From Candidatus Woesearchaeota archaeon (GTDB taxonomy: Archaea > Nanobdellota > Nanobdellia > SCGC-AAA011-G17 > GW2011-AR18), in NCBI GenBank assembly GCA_964344975.1, contig CAYFPK010000003.1, positions 2,147 to 66,146 on the forward strand: a DNA stretch of 64,000 bases, given 5' to 3'. This document shows positions 37,451 through 46,034 of this stretch, one piece after another (the stretch's first letter is position 1; each line of letters opens with the position of its first letter). The notes under the pieces are model-generated. The model did no database searches. It was not told where the DNA came from and saw only the letters and a list, made by a program, of their open reading frames with translations. The position numbers and the translations under genes are program-made.

Positions 37451-38407
37451 ATGACTTTTCTTGTTACTGGTGGTGCAGGCTACATTGGTAGTCACGTGGT
37501 GCATGCTCTAGCTGCACGTGGTGATTCTGTTATTGTGTATGATGATTTATCCAACGGTCATAAAGAACATTTGCCTGACGCAGTTGGGTTTGTGCAAGGT
37601 GATGTGGGGGACCGTGCAACATTAGCATCTGTTTTTTCTTCCCATAAGATTGATGCTGTCTTACATTTTGCTGGTTTAATCCAAGTCGGTGAATCTATGG
37701 AATATCCGGCAAAATATTATGACGTTAACTATTCTAAACCTCTTGCACTTTTGCAAGTTATGGGGGATTTTAATTGTGATCAGATTGTGTTCTCTTCAAC
37801 GGCGGCGGTGTATGGTGATGCTGCTGATCATCCGTTAACTGAAGCAGACCCTCTAAATCCCACAAGCCCCTATGGTGACTCTAAGTTACAGTTTGAACAG
37901 GTGTTATCTGGTCTTTCTGCTTTTGATTTGCGGTCTGTTAGTTTGCGTTATTTTAATGCTTCTGGTGCTGGATTTGGTGTGGGTGAAGCGCACGACCCTG
38001 AAACGCATCTTATTCCTTTAATTTTGCAAGTTGCTTTAGGTGAGCGTGCAGACATTAAGATTTTTGGTGATGACTATCCCACTGGTGATGGTACCTGTGT
38101 GCGTGATTACATTCATGTATTGGATTTGGCTGATGCGCATTTACGTGCTCTTGATTATTTACAAGATGGTGGTACAAGTGGTATTTTTAATTTAGGTAGT
38201 GGTGATGGTTATTCTGTGCGAGAAATTATTTCAGTTTGTCGTGACGTTACCGGTCATGCTATCCCTGCTGAAGTTGTTGCAAGACGTGCGGGGGATCCTG
38301 CTGTTCTTATTGCGTCGTCAGCTAAAGCGAAAGAAGTTTTAGATTGGCAACCGCAACGTGATTTACGCTCTATTGTGGAATCAGCTTGGGCGTGGCATAA
38401 TCGCTGA
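37451..38407 (+). CDS. galE: UDP-glucose 4-epimerase
   Basis: NAD-binding motif (VTGGAGYIGSH), catalytic Tyr and Lys (SPYGDSK), and overall GalE architecture. 318 aa. TATA-like TTTAATAATA lies ~28 nt upstream. Confidence 0.9.
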   Translation: MTFLVTGGAGYIGSHVVHALAARGDSVIVYDDLSNGHKEHLPDAVGFVQGDVGDRATLASVFSSHKIDAVLHFAGLIQVGESMEYPAKYYDVNYSKPLALLQVMGDFNCDQIVFSSTAAVYGDAADHPLTEADPLNPTSPYGDSKLQFEQVLSGLSAFDLRSVSLRYFNASGAGFGVGEAHDPETHLIPLILQVALGERADIKIFGDDYPTGDGTCVRDYIHVLDLADAHLRALDYLQDGGTSGIFNLGSGDGYSVREIISVCRDVTGHAIPAEVVARRAGDPAVLIASSAKAKEVLDWQPQRDLRSIVESAWAWHNR

Positions 38408-38463
38408 AATATTTGCGAAAAATTTGACTAAAAGTATTTAAAGTCTTGAGATTATGAGGTTGT

Positions 38464-38568
38464 ATGGAAAAAGATATGCAAGGCACGCTCCTTTTTTGGA
38501 TCTCTGTTGCGGTGTTTATTGTTTTATTTATTCTTTTTTTCTTTGAGGTGTTTCTAGGTGGTTTCTAA
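38464..38568 (+). CDS. Possible small membrane peptide (34 aa)
   Basis: GAGGT 7 nt upstream. Single TM helix (LLFWISVAVFIVLFILFFF). Confidence 0.2.
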   Translation: MEKDMQGTLLFWISVAVFIVLFILFFFEVFLGGF

Positions 38569-38673
38569 TACTCTTTTTAAATGGAAATTTAATGATTTTT
38601 TTACTTTTTTGTTGATTCTCCTGGGTCTTTTCATTCTCTTTTTAACTCTTAAATTTCTTTTTGGAGGCTCTCT

Positions 38674-38838
38674 ATGATCTATGAAGGTTTTATTATTGGT
38701 TTACTTCTTTTTAATTTGGGCTTTACTATTCGAAATAATAGAGAAATTGCTTCTATGAAAAGGGATCTTCACCATATGCAACGACAATTTGATTCGTTAG
38801 CTGTTGATTTTAAAGAACATATTAAAGCTTATTCATAA
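38674..38838 (+). CDS. Possible small membrane protein (54 aa)
   Basis: GGAGG 5 nt upstream of the ATG. N-terminal TM helix. Confidence 0.2.
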   Translation: MIYEGFIIGLLLFNLGFTIRNNREIASMKRDLHHMQRQFDSLAVDFKEHIKAYS

Positions 38839-41462
38839 CTTTGCCAGAGTTTGCCCCACTCTGTTTGCATGAATGTGTTAATTTTTTTTCTTCCTACGGT
38901 GTTATACCAGATATGATCATGGTAGAATGCTGAACCGAAGACGCATGCTTTGAATAATGGTGAGTGAAATAATATTGGTTCAATTGCTGAGAGCGCACCT
39001 TTTCTCGTGAGTTGATCTGCTGCGACAACTGGGCTTTTTTTGGTGGTGAATTTGAAGTTGACTTCTTTTATATCTTCACCGACAACTTCTATCTGTTTTA
39101 TGTCAGCACAACCTAACCCTAAATCGTGTGCTAATTTTAAATATTTAATTTTCATAGGATCGAAACCCATCATTTTTGCTGCAACAGCGTCAATGGCTAC
39201 TTGGTCTTGCGCTGCTAAGATAACATTTTTGATAACGGGTTCCATGGTTCGTGGTCCTGCACCATTACCGCAAACGGTGCCGTCCATAACTGCAAACATA
39301 CCAGGATGGATCTCTTTTTGAATTTGTAACAAGTCTACTAACACTTCGTGAATTTTAGCATGACAATGATGCCTTCTCTCAGTTATTAATCCGCCAAAGG
39401 CATTTTTAATGCTACCCGTCGTAACTGTGTGTCCGTGGGTGTTGTGAAGTACTATGCCATTACCAATAAAGTTGTTTGGTCCTGGCACTGTGAAATCGTA
39501 GAGAAATTCTGTGTCTGACTTTTCTCTTTTGATCTCTTTTATATGGTCCCAGGCAATATCTTCTGATGCTAAGAATTTGATGTATTTAATCTCTCTACTA
39601 TATCTCTTTTCCTTATCTCTCTTTTCGAATCCCTCTAAAATTCCCTTTACTGTTTTTCTGCTAGGTTTGTGTCTTTCTTCCTCAATATCAAAGATTGTTG
39701 TTCTGTTTCCTATTTCTCTCTTTTTTAGTTTTAGCCCTTCTCTTATCTCTTTGATTTTTTTCCCCTCCAAAGGTATGCTGTCCCAGTTGGGAGAACTTCC
39801 TTTTCTTTTTAGAAACTCCTTTATTCTATCTTGCTTTGATGCTATTCTTAGAGAAATTTTCTTCCCTAAAACCCTCATTGATTCTCCTGAAACAATTATT
39901 AGGTCATATTCTCTTTCTGTTTCCTTTACTTTGTTCCTTGTTTTACTAACTGATGCAATTACTCCCAACCTTGTTAGTATTAACTGTACATCTTTTGATA
40001 ATTTTGTACTTTTTGTTTTTATGCAGAGATTTCCATCTTTATCTATGTGTCCATCTCCATCAATGTATCCGTTTAAAAACTCAAGGATCTCTTTATCTTT
40101 ACATTTAAAAATTAGTCTTGGAATTAATTTATTCCCTGCGTGTGATGGAACTTCTAGCCCAATTTTTAGGAAAAGCTCTGCGATTTTTTTTGATGTAAAT
40201 ATTAGCTGTATTTTGTTTCCTTTGTATATCTTTGGTGTGATGTTAAATAGGTTTTTGGTTAGTTCTATATAATCCTTTTGAATCTTATTGTTACTATTTG
40301 TTAAACAAAATTGATATGATCTTTTGTTTGCGTGTACAACATGTCCCTCTGCTATGAAATATCCTAACCATCTACAAAACTCTTTGCTTGTATGGCTTGG
40401 TATTTTTATATCTTTTTTTTCTTGTCCATATAGTTGGACCCCGTATCTTTTGAGAATCCTTCTTATTGTTCCTCGATCACAAGAATATTTCTTGGCAAGA
40501 TCTTTAATCTTTTCTCTTTTCAGATAGTCTTTTAAGATATCTTTTTGCTCTTCTACTTTCAATTTTTTTGTTTCTTTAAATTTAATCTCTTCTATGTTAA
40601 TCTCTTTATGATTTAATGTTTTAATTTTTGGTAACTTTTGTGATTTCCCTTTTATTGTTATTTTTCTTGGAATTGCTATTCTATGTGTATTTTTCAGTTC
40701 TTTTGCTGGAATCCACCCCTCCTGTGTTAAAAATGGATGTACTTCTGAAACTTTAACTTCCCTTCCTGTTTTTGTTTTTATTTTGTATATTTCTTTTGGT
40801 GCTGGCGTTTTCCAAAATTCTCTTGCTTTGTTTGTTTTTATTTTTCCATTTTCAAGAATTGTTGGAATGTCGTGATTTGCAATTGCTACTCTATCTTGAT
40901 CTTTTGTTATTCTTACTGTGTTTTTTTCATGTACTTCTTCTACCATCTCTTTTATTGTCATTAATGTTCCATCACTTTGCATAACCTCTGTATCTGGGTG
41001 GGTACATTTAACTGTTGGAAAGTGGATGACGTTTTTGTCAAGAAACATTTTTGGAATTCTGTGGCCGTCTGGAAAAATAGAATCAAAGGCAAGCATCTCT
41101 GCTTTTGGTACGTATCGTACCCATTCCACTTCAGTGAGTGGTTCATACTTTAGGTTGTATTTTTTTAACAAAGGTAACCACTTGTTACCTTTAGCTCCTT
41201 TCCATACATCGGTGACTACGGTTTTGTTTTCAACCGGATGGAGGTTGCTAAAACCGTCTTTTTGTAATTGTTTTATGGTTCCTTCCAGCTGCCAAGGTTC
41301 TGTGCTACAGGCAGGGTAGTACATGCTCCAAGATAGGTTGAGTTTAAGAATGGTTTCTTTTGTTTTTTTAATTGCTTTTTTATATTCTGCTAGCTGCATG
41401 AGTTTGCCATAATCGTTAACCACCGTTTCTGGTGTTGTTTTCAGTACAGCTACCTTGGACAT
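38829..41462 (-). CDS. DUF362-family protein interrupted by a LAGLIDADG intein (precursor 877 aa)
   Basis: Exteins: the N-terminal 152 aa end ...VIHFPTVK, and the C-terminal 203 aa begin THGHTVTTGSIKNAFGG..., together reconstituting the DUF362 hallmark ...P.vKTH...T..iKN.fG. The intervening 522 aa carry intein blocks A (CTHPDTEV), C/E (LGYFIAEGHV and LNGYIDGDGHI) and G (GIVLHN|T). Confidence 0.8.
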   Translation of the reverse strand: MSKVAVLKTTPETVVNDYGKLMQLAEYKKAIKKTKETILKLNLSWSMYYPACSTEPWQLEGTIKQLQKDGFSNLHPVENKTVVTDVWKGAKGNKWLPLLKKYNLKYEPLTEVEWVRYVPKAEMLAFDSIFPDGHRIPKMFLDKNVIHFPTVKCTHPDTEVMQSDGTLMTIKEMVEEVHEKNTVRITKDQDRVAIANHDIPTILENGKIKTNKAREFWKTPAPKEIYKIKTKTGREVKVSEVHPFLTQEGWIPAKELKNTHRIAIPRKITIKGKSQKLPKIKTLNHKEINIEEIKFKETKKLKVEEQKDILKDYLKREKIKDLAKKYSCDRGTIRRILKRYGVQLYGQEKKDIKIPSHTSKEFCRWLGYFIAEGHVVHANKRSYQFCLTNSNNKIQKDYIELTKNLFNITPKIYKGNKIQLIFTSKKIAELFLKIGLEVPSHAGNKLIPRLIFKCKDKEILEFLNGYIDGDGHIDKDGNLCIKTKSTKLSKDVQLILTRLGVIASVSKTRNKVKETEREYDLIIVSGESMRVLGKKISLRIASKQDRIKEFLKRKGSSPNWDSIPLEGKKIKEIREGLKLKKREIGNRTTIFDIEEERHKPSRKTVKGILEGFEKRDKEKRYSREIKYIKFLASEDIAWDHIKEIKREKSDTEFLYDFTVPGPNNFIGNGIVLHNTHGHTVTTGSIKNAFGGLITERRHHCHAKIHEVLVDLLQIQKEIHPGMFAVMDGTVCGNGAGPRTMEPVIKNVILAAQDQVAIDAVAAKMMGFDPMKIKYLKLAHDLGLGCADIKQIEVVGEDIKEVNFKFTTKKSPVVAADQLTRKGALSAIEPILFHSPLFKACVFGSAFYHDHIWYNTVGRKKINTFMQTEWGKLWQSYE
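39441..41006 (-). mobile_element. Intein with LAGLIDADG homing endonuclease (522 aa) inserted after the Lys of the DUF362 KTH motif
   Basis: First residue Cys (41004-41006), terminal His-Asn (39441-39446), +1 residue Thr. Both LAGLIDADG motifs keep their acidic residues. Local composition (C>G, AG-rich coding strand) differs from the flanking exteins. Confidence 0.75.
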
Positions 41463-41513
41463 GTATGTGGCAGGTTCGTTAGCCTTATAAATCTTCTTTG
41501 TTGATCAAGGTCT

Positions 41514-42338
41514 ATGCGTATCGCTCAATGGTATAAGAATCTTTTAGTCTTTTTGCCCTTAGTTTTTGCTGGATCGCTTTTTGAGCAACAATACCTTTTT
41601 GCCGCTTTACTTGGCTTTCTTTCTTTGTGTTTAATTAGCTCGTCTTCTTATTTTATAAATGATATTAAAGACCTTGCTAAAGATAAAGTCCACCCTCAAA
41701 AATCGCAACGTTTACTTGCTTCTGGCCGTATCACTGTTGTGCAAGCGTGGCTTATCTCTGTTGTGTTACTCGGTTGTGGGCTTGCTTTAGGTTGGACGCT
41801 TTCTTTGCAGTTTTTTTTGATTGCTTTAGGTCTTTTTGTCTTAACACAATTGTATACGTTCTTTTTGAAAACGGTTGCGTTTGCTGATGTGTTAACCATT
41901 GCTGTGAACTTTGTTCTTCGTGCTCTTGCTGGTGTGTTTATTGTAGCTTCCACTCCTTTTACAGTTAGCTCTTGGCTTTTACTCTGTCCGTTTTTTCTTG
42001 CTTTATTCTTAGCTGTAGGTAAACGTGCGTCTGAAGTTAGGTTACATAAGGACCATCGAGAAGTATTGATCCACTATACGCCTGAGATGGTTCGTTCGTT
42101 GCTGGTTATTGCCACCACCTGTTTAATTATTGCCTATACCTTGTATGCGTTTTTTTCTCAATATCCAGGTTTGCTCTTTACGCTTCCTTTTGCCTTGTAT
42201 ACTATTTTGCGCTTTTTACACTTGATTTTTTCTGGCTCTTCGATTCCGCAACATCTTGAATTATTGTATAAGGATAGGCATCTTGTTGTTGGCGTTTTGT
42301 TGTGGTTGCTCGGTGTCTTTTTAGTTGTCTATCATTAA
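41514..42338 (+). CDS. UbiA-family prenyltransferase, decaprenyl-phosphate phosphoribosyltransferase-like
   Basis: N-terminal QWYKNLLVFLPLVFAG and the Asp-rich motif FINDIKDLAKDK (NDxxDxxxD). 274 aa, ~8 TM helices. Confidence 0.65.
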   Translation: MRIAQWYKNLLVFLPLVFAGSLFEQQYLFAALLGFLSLCLISSSSYFINDIKDLAKDKVHPQKSQRLLASGRITVVQAWLISVVLLGCGLALGWTLSLQFFLIALGLFVLTQLYTFFLKTVAFADVLTIAVNFVLRALAGVFIVASTPFTVSSWLLLCPFFLALFLAVGKRASEVRLHKDHREVLIHYTPEMVRSLLVIATTCLIIAYTLYAFFSQYPGLLFTLPFALYTILRFLHLIFSGSSIPQHLELLYKDRHLVVGVLLWLLGVFLVVYH

Positions 42339-42376
42339 TCATTACTTTTATATGCTTATTGCTCTTACTTTCGTCT

Positions 42377-42667
42377 ATGGCACTTGTTGAAATTACCGTC
42401 AATGCATTAGGCTCTCTTCTCTTAGAGGGCAGGGAAGTTGATGGTTACTCCATTGGTCTTCCGATTCTTGTAGATGGTACCGCGTTTAAAGAAGCACCAT
42501 TTTCACCTTACTCTTCTGCTAATGCGTATGCTTGTAGTTTTTCTGGTGGTGTGTTTTCTGCCTCTGATGCAATTTCTTCTACCAGTTCGCTTCGTGCTGT
42601 ACAGTTTTATTGCCTTGAAGGTCGATCGTCTTTTGCTACTAGTGCTCAAGCACATCCGCAGGAATAG
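42377..42667 (+). CDS. Hypothetical small protein
   Basis: ORF only. The Met at 42377 was chosen over an upstream GTG. Confidence 0.25.
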   Translation: MALVEITVNALGSLLLEGREVDGYSIGLPILVDGTAFKEAPFSPYSSANAYACSFSGGVFSASDAISSTSSLRAVQFYCLEGRSSFATSAQAHPQE

Positions 42668-42725
42668 GAACTTTTATAAACTGACTACGGTTTTCTAGGA
42701 TATCTTGTTTTAAGAGGTTTCAGCA

Positions 42726-44327
42726 ATGGTTACAAAGAAAAAAGGGCATATACTTTTGTACAACTCTCGTCCGAAAGATGGTGAGGATAAAATAGACTTT
42801 TCTTTGGCGTTGCTTAGTATAGCTGCTTTGCCTATGCAGGAAGGGTATACTGTGCATTATGTTGAAAATTTTGACCCTCGTTGTGATGAAAAAATTATAG
42901 AATATGCAAAAGATGCTATTTGTGTCGGTTTTGGAGTCATGACCGGTAATCAAATTCGTGACGGTTTGCGTGTGAGTAAACTGATTAAAGATAAATATCC
43001 TGATGTGCCTATTGTTTGGGGTGGATGGCATCCGTCCATTTTGCCTGAACAGACACTTGAAAATCAGTATATTGATATGTTGGTTGTTGGTCAAGGTCAA
43101 CGTACGTTTTTTGAACTTATTGAAACCTTAGCGCAAAAAAAAGATTATACCAAGCTTTTAGGTATTTGGTATAAAAGAGATGGTAAGCCTGTACACACTG
43201 GTCCACGTCCTATGGAGGATATAAATAACTTTCCTCCTCTGCCTTATGAGCTTCTAGGTGAACATAACATTGCTCATCCTGTTGATGAAGTTGCTACACG
43301 CGTGGTGGAATATTTTACCAGTCAGGGTTGTCCGCACCGGTGTAACTTTTGTGCTGATCCGCTCGTCTATAAACGACGTACTACGTTGTTGTCTGCTGAT
43401 CGTGTCGTTGCTGATATTAAACGTTTTATCAATGACTTTGATGCAAACGGTGTGATTTGTACTGATACTAACTTTTTTATTAAAGAATCTCGCGTGAAAG
43501 AGATTTGTGAGCAGCTCATTGCTGAAGATATCAAAATTGCGTGGGGTAGTGTGAACGGTCGTGCTGGGCATTTGTTGCGTTACTCTGAAGATACCTGGCG
43601 TTTATTGCAAAAGATAGGTTTTTCTTCGTTTTTAGTTGGTGCTGAAGCGGGTAACCAAGAAACGCTTGATTATATTGACAAAGATGGTACGGTTGAAGAA
43701 ATTATTGAGCTTGCTAAACGTCTTAAAAAATATGATTTCAAGGCTTACTTTTCATTTATCTTGGGTTTTCCGCCGAACCCGAAGTGGGATATGCCCTATT
43801 CAGAGCAAATTAAGCGAGATTGGGAAGGTCTTGTGAATATCACTGATACGATTTTGAAAATTAAAAAAGATAACATGTTTTACTTTTTGATTTATACACC
43901 ATACCCTGGTAGTCCGATGTATGAGAATTGTAAGCTGGGTGGGTTTACAGAACCTCAAAATTTGGAAGAATGGGCTGACTTTACTTTAGATAATGTGCGT
44001 GTTCCGTGGATCCCTGAGAAATATATTCAACTGGTTGATCAGCTTAATACCTTGTATATTCCGTTTTTGACTGGGAATGTCTATCCTAAGTTTAAACATT
44101 ATGGGGTTGTTGGTCATATTGCCAAAGTTGCGTTTATGCCGTTGCATGCCATGGTTCTTCTACGTTGGAAAACGCGTTTCTTTGGTTTGCCTTTTGAGTA
44201 TCACTTCTTGAAGTTTTCTAAGAAATTTGCACGTAATGTGTTAATTAAGAAGAACTTGAAAACGTTGCCGCAGCGTGCTGCACGTAAGATGTTTGCTAGC
44301 GTTCCTTCTGCCGCAATCTTTAAGTAA
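42726..44327 (+). CDS. Cobalamin-binding (class B) radical SAM enzyme
   Basis: N-terminal B12-binding-like domain (...VGFGVMTGNQ...IVWGGWHPSILPE) and the radical SAM motif (TSQGCPHRCNFC). 533 aa. GAGGT Shine-Dalgarno-like motif upstream. Confidence 0.8.
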   Translation: MVTKKKGHILLYNSRPKDGEDKIDFSLALLSIAALPMQEGYTVHYVENFDPRCDEKIIEYAKDAICVGFGVMTGNQIRDGLRVSKLIKDKYPDVPIVWGGWHPSILPEQTLENQYIDMLVVGQGQRTFFELIETLAQKKDYTKLLGIWYKRDGKPVHTGPRPMEDINNFPPLPYELLGEHNIAHPVDEVATRVVEYFTSQGCPHRCNFCADPLVYKRRTTLLSADRVVADIKRFINDFDANGVICTDTNFFIKESRVKEICEQLIAEDIKIAWGSVNGRAGHLLRYSEDTWRLLQKIGFSSFLVGAEAGNQETLDYIDKDGTVEEIIELAKRLKKYDFKAYFSFILGFPPNPKWDMPYSEQIKRDWEGLVNITDTILKIKKDNMFYFLIYTPYPGSPMYENCKLGGFTEPQNLEEWADFTLDNVRVPWIPEKYIQLVDQLNTLYIPFLTGNVYPKFKHYGVVGHIAKVAFMPLHAMVLLRWKTRFFGLPFEYHFLKFSKKFARNVLIKKNLKTLPQRAARKMFASVPSAAIFK

Positions 44328-44331
44328 TTTC

Positions 44332-44592
44332 TTAGTTAGAATCTACAACATCTTCGATAAGTTCCCACAATCCGCCGCAGGCTACGCCTCTTTTTTTCTC
44401 ACAAATGAACTCTTCGCCTATTTCTTGTGGTCTCACTAGGAAATCAGGGAGGGGACTTTCTTGAACAATTTTAAGTATTCTTAGTTTGTATTTTTCATGT
44501 GTCTTGCTTGAATGGTTTTCGAGAATTTCAACTCTGTCTATTCCACCATCTTCATGGTAGAGGGCTGTATCTCCTGGCTTGTATTCTGTCAT
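44332..44592 (-). CDS. Hypothetical protein (86 aa)
   Basis: ORF only. Confidence 0.3.
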   Translation of the reverse strand: MTEYKPGDTALYHEDGGIDRVEILENHSSKTHEKYKLRILKIVQESPLPDFLVRPQEIGEEFICEKKRGVACGGLWELIEDVVDSN

Positions 44593-44674
44593 TTGTAAGG
44601 TGAGTCTAGATTTACTTAAATATTTTACTTTTTTCTACGATACTTATAAATAAGGTCTTGTTGTTACTTGTCTT

Positions 44675-45709
44675 ATGCGATTATTTTTGTATAGTCTGGG
44701 TCCTGCGCAATCATATGTAGCGAGTTTGTTTGAGTTAGAACGACAAGGAAAAGTACGTTTAACCTTTATTATGTGTCGACCTTTTCGCCAGCTTATTTTA
44801 AAATTGTTGTCTTTTGTCCCTTTCTATACACGTTCCTATTCATTTGTTCCATCCTGGTCTGATATCTTTTTAAGTTTATTTGCTCCTTTTATTCTTTTAT
44901 TTGTAAGAAATATTTATGTTTCTTTTGGCCCCTATGATTGGCGCGTTTGGTATTTGCTTGTTTTGAAAAAATTAGGTAAAAATGTTGTCTATTTTCATTC
45001 TTGGCCGTATTGGGATGGGCGTTGTATTTTTGCTTCACGTTTTTTTAGTAAGTGGGCTTTTGAGCGGTTCCTTAAAGGTGTGAAAGCGGTTACTGTTTTA
45101 GCAGAAGGTGAGGCTGGTTTGCGTGCCTTAGGTGCCAAGGTTGTTGCTATACCGCATGTTGTTGATTTTGTGCCTGTGCCTAAAAAGAAGCATACCGGTG
45201 TTCGTGTGTTATATGTTGGTCGTGTTGAGCCTCAAAAAGGTGTACTTAATACTTTGCACATATTAGAAAAGATTGGTGATGTGACCTTTGTTGTGATTGG
45301 TGAAGGGCGTGATGCTGCAAAATTGGTTTCTGATACTATTTCTGTTGAATATCATGGCTTTGTTTCTGATCGTAGGAAACTTGCTGGAATTTATGCTTCT
45401 TGTGATATTTTTGTTCTTAATTCCTATAAAAATCCTACCTGGCAAGAGTGGTATGGGATGGTGCTTCTTGAAGCTCTTGCCTCTGGTCTTGCTATTGTTG
45501 CTGTGGATCATATGGGTCCTCGTACTATCTTAGGTGATGCTGGTATCTTGTTTGCTGATGCCGATTCTGATGCATTAGAGAAGCATTTGCGTGCTTTAAT
45601 TAGTTCTAAAAAATTGCGTGTTAGTTATACTCAAAAAGCTTTGCAGCGTTTTAAGCAGTTTTCTTTGGCTAAGGCTGCTAATGATTGGTGGGCCGTTTTG
45701 AAAAGTTAG
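44675..45709 (+). CDS. Glycosyltransferase family 4
   Basis: GT4 C-terminal domain (...VLYVGRVEPQKG...YASCDIFVLNSY...EWYGMVLLEALASGLAIVAVDHMGPRTIL). Confidence 0.7.
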   Translation: MRLFLYSLGPAQSYVASLFELERQGKVRLTFIMCRPFRQLILKLLSFVPFYTRSYSFVPSWSDIFLSLFAPFILLFVRNIYVSFGPYDWRVWYLLVLKKLGKNVVYFHSWPYWDGRCIFASRFFSKWAFERFLKGVKAVTVLAEGEAGLRALGAKVVAIPHVVDFVPVPKKKHTGVRVLYVGRVEPQKGVLNTLHILEKIGDVTFVVIGEGRDAAKLVSDTISVEYHGFVSDRRKLAGIYASCDIFVLNSYKNPTWQEWYGMVLLEALASGLAIVAVDHMGPRTILGDAGILFADADSDALEKHLRALISSKKLRVSYTQKALQRFKQFSLAKAANDWWAVLKS

Positions 45710-45727
45710 AATCCAAACGTTTATATT

Positions 45728-46033
45728 GTGACGGATTTTGTTTTTTTTATGGGTCTTTCAGACAAGCTTTCTTATCCAGTTGCTGTTCTTGGTCTTACTG
45801 CTGGAGTGCTTACTACCGCTTTATGGGTTTACGACTCTATTAATCCTATTGGGGCTAATCTTTTAGTTCAAGAAGAATCTCTTGAGCCTAATTGTCTTGA
45901 AGTGAAATTAATCTATCAAGATGATGGTGGGCAAGATGAAGTTCTTCTTTTGGTTGATGATGTGAGGTATCTTGTAAGAGATGCTCATGGGATGCCTGTT
46001 CTTTCTTTGTATGAAGTTGATCCGCCTGAATAA
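45728..46033 (+). CDS. Hypothetical protein (101 aa)
   Basis: ORF only. One N-terminal hydrophobic segment. Confidence 0.25.
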   Translation: MTDFVFFMGLSDKLSYPVAVLGLTAGVLTTALWVYDSINPIGANLLVQEESLEPNCLEVKLIYQDDGGQDEVLLLVDDVRYLVRDAHGMPVLSLYEVDPPE

Positions 46034-46034
46034 T

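Noticed and set aside
39611-39625. TTCGAATCC-like sequence reminiscent of a tRNA T-loop
   Set aside because: It lies inside the intein coding region, and no acceptor, D-arm or anticodon-arm pairing can be built around it. No tRNA-like cloverleaf was found in any intergenic spacer of the window.
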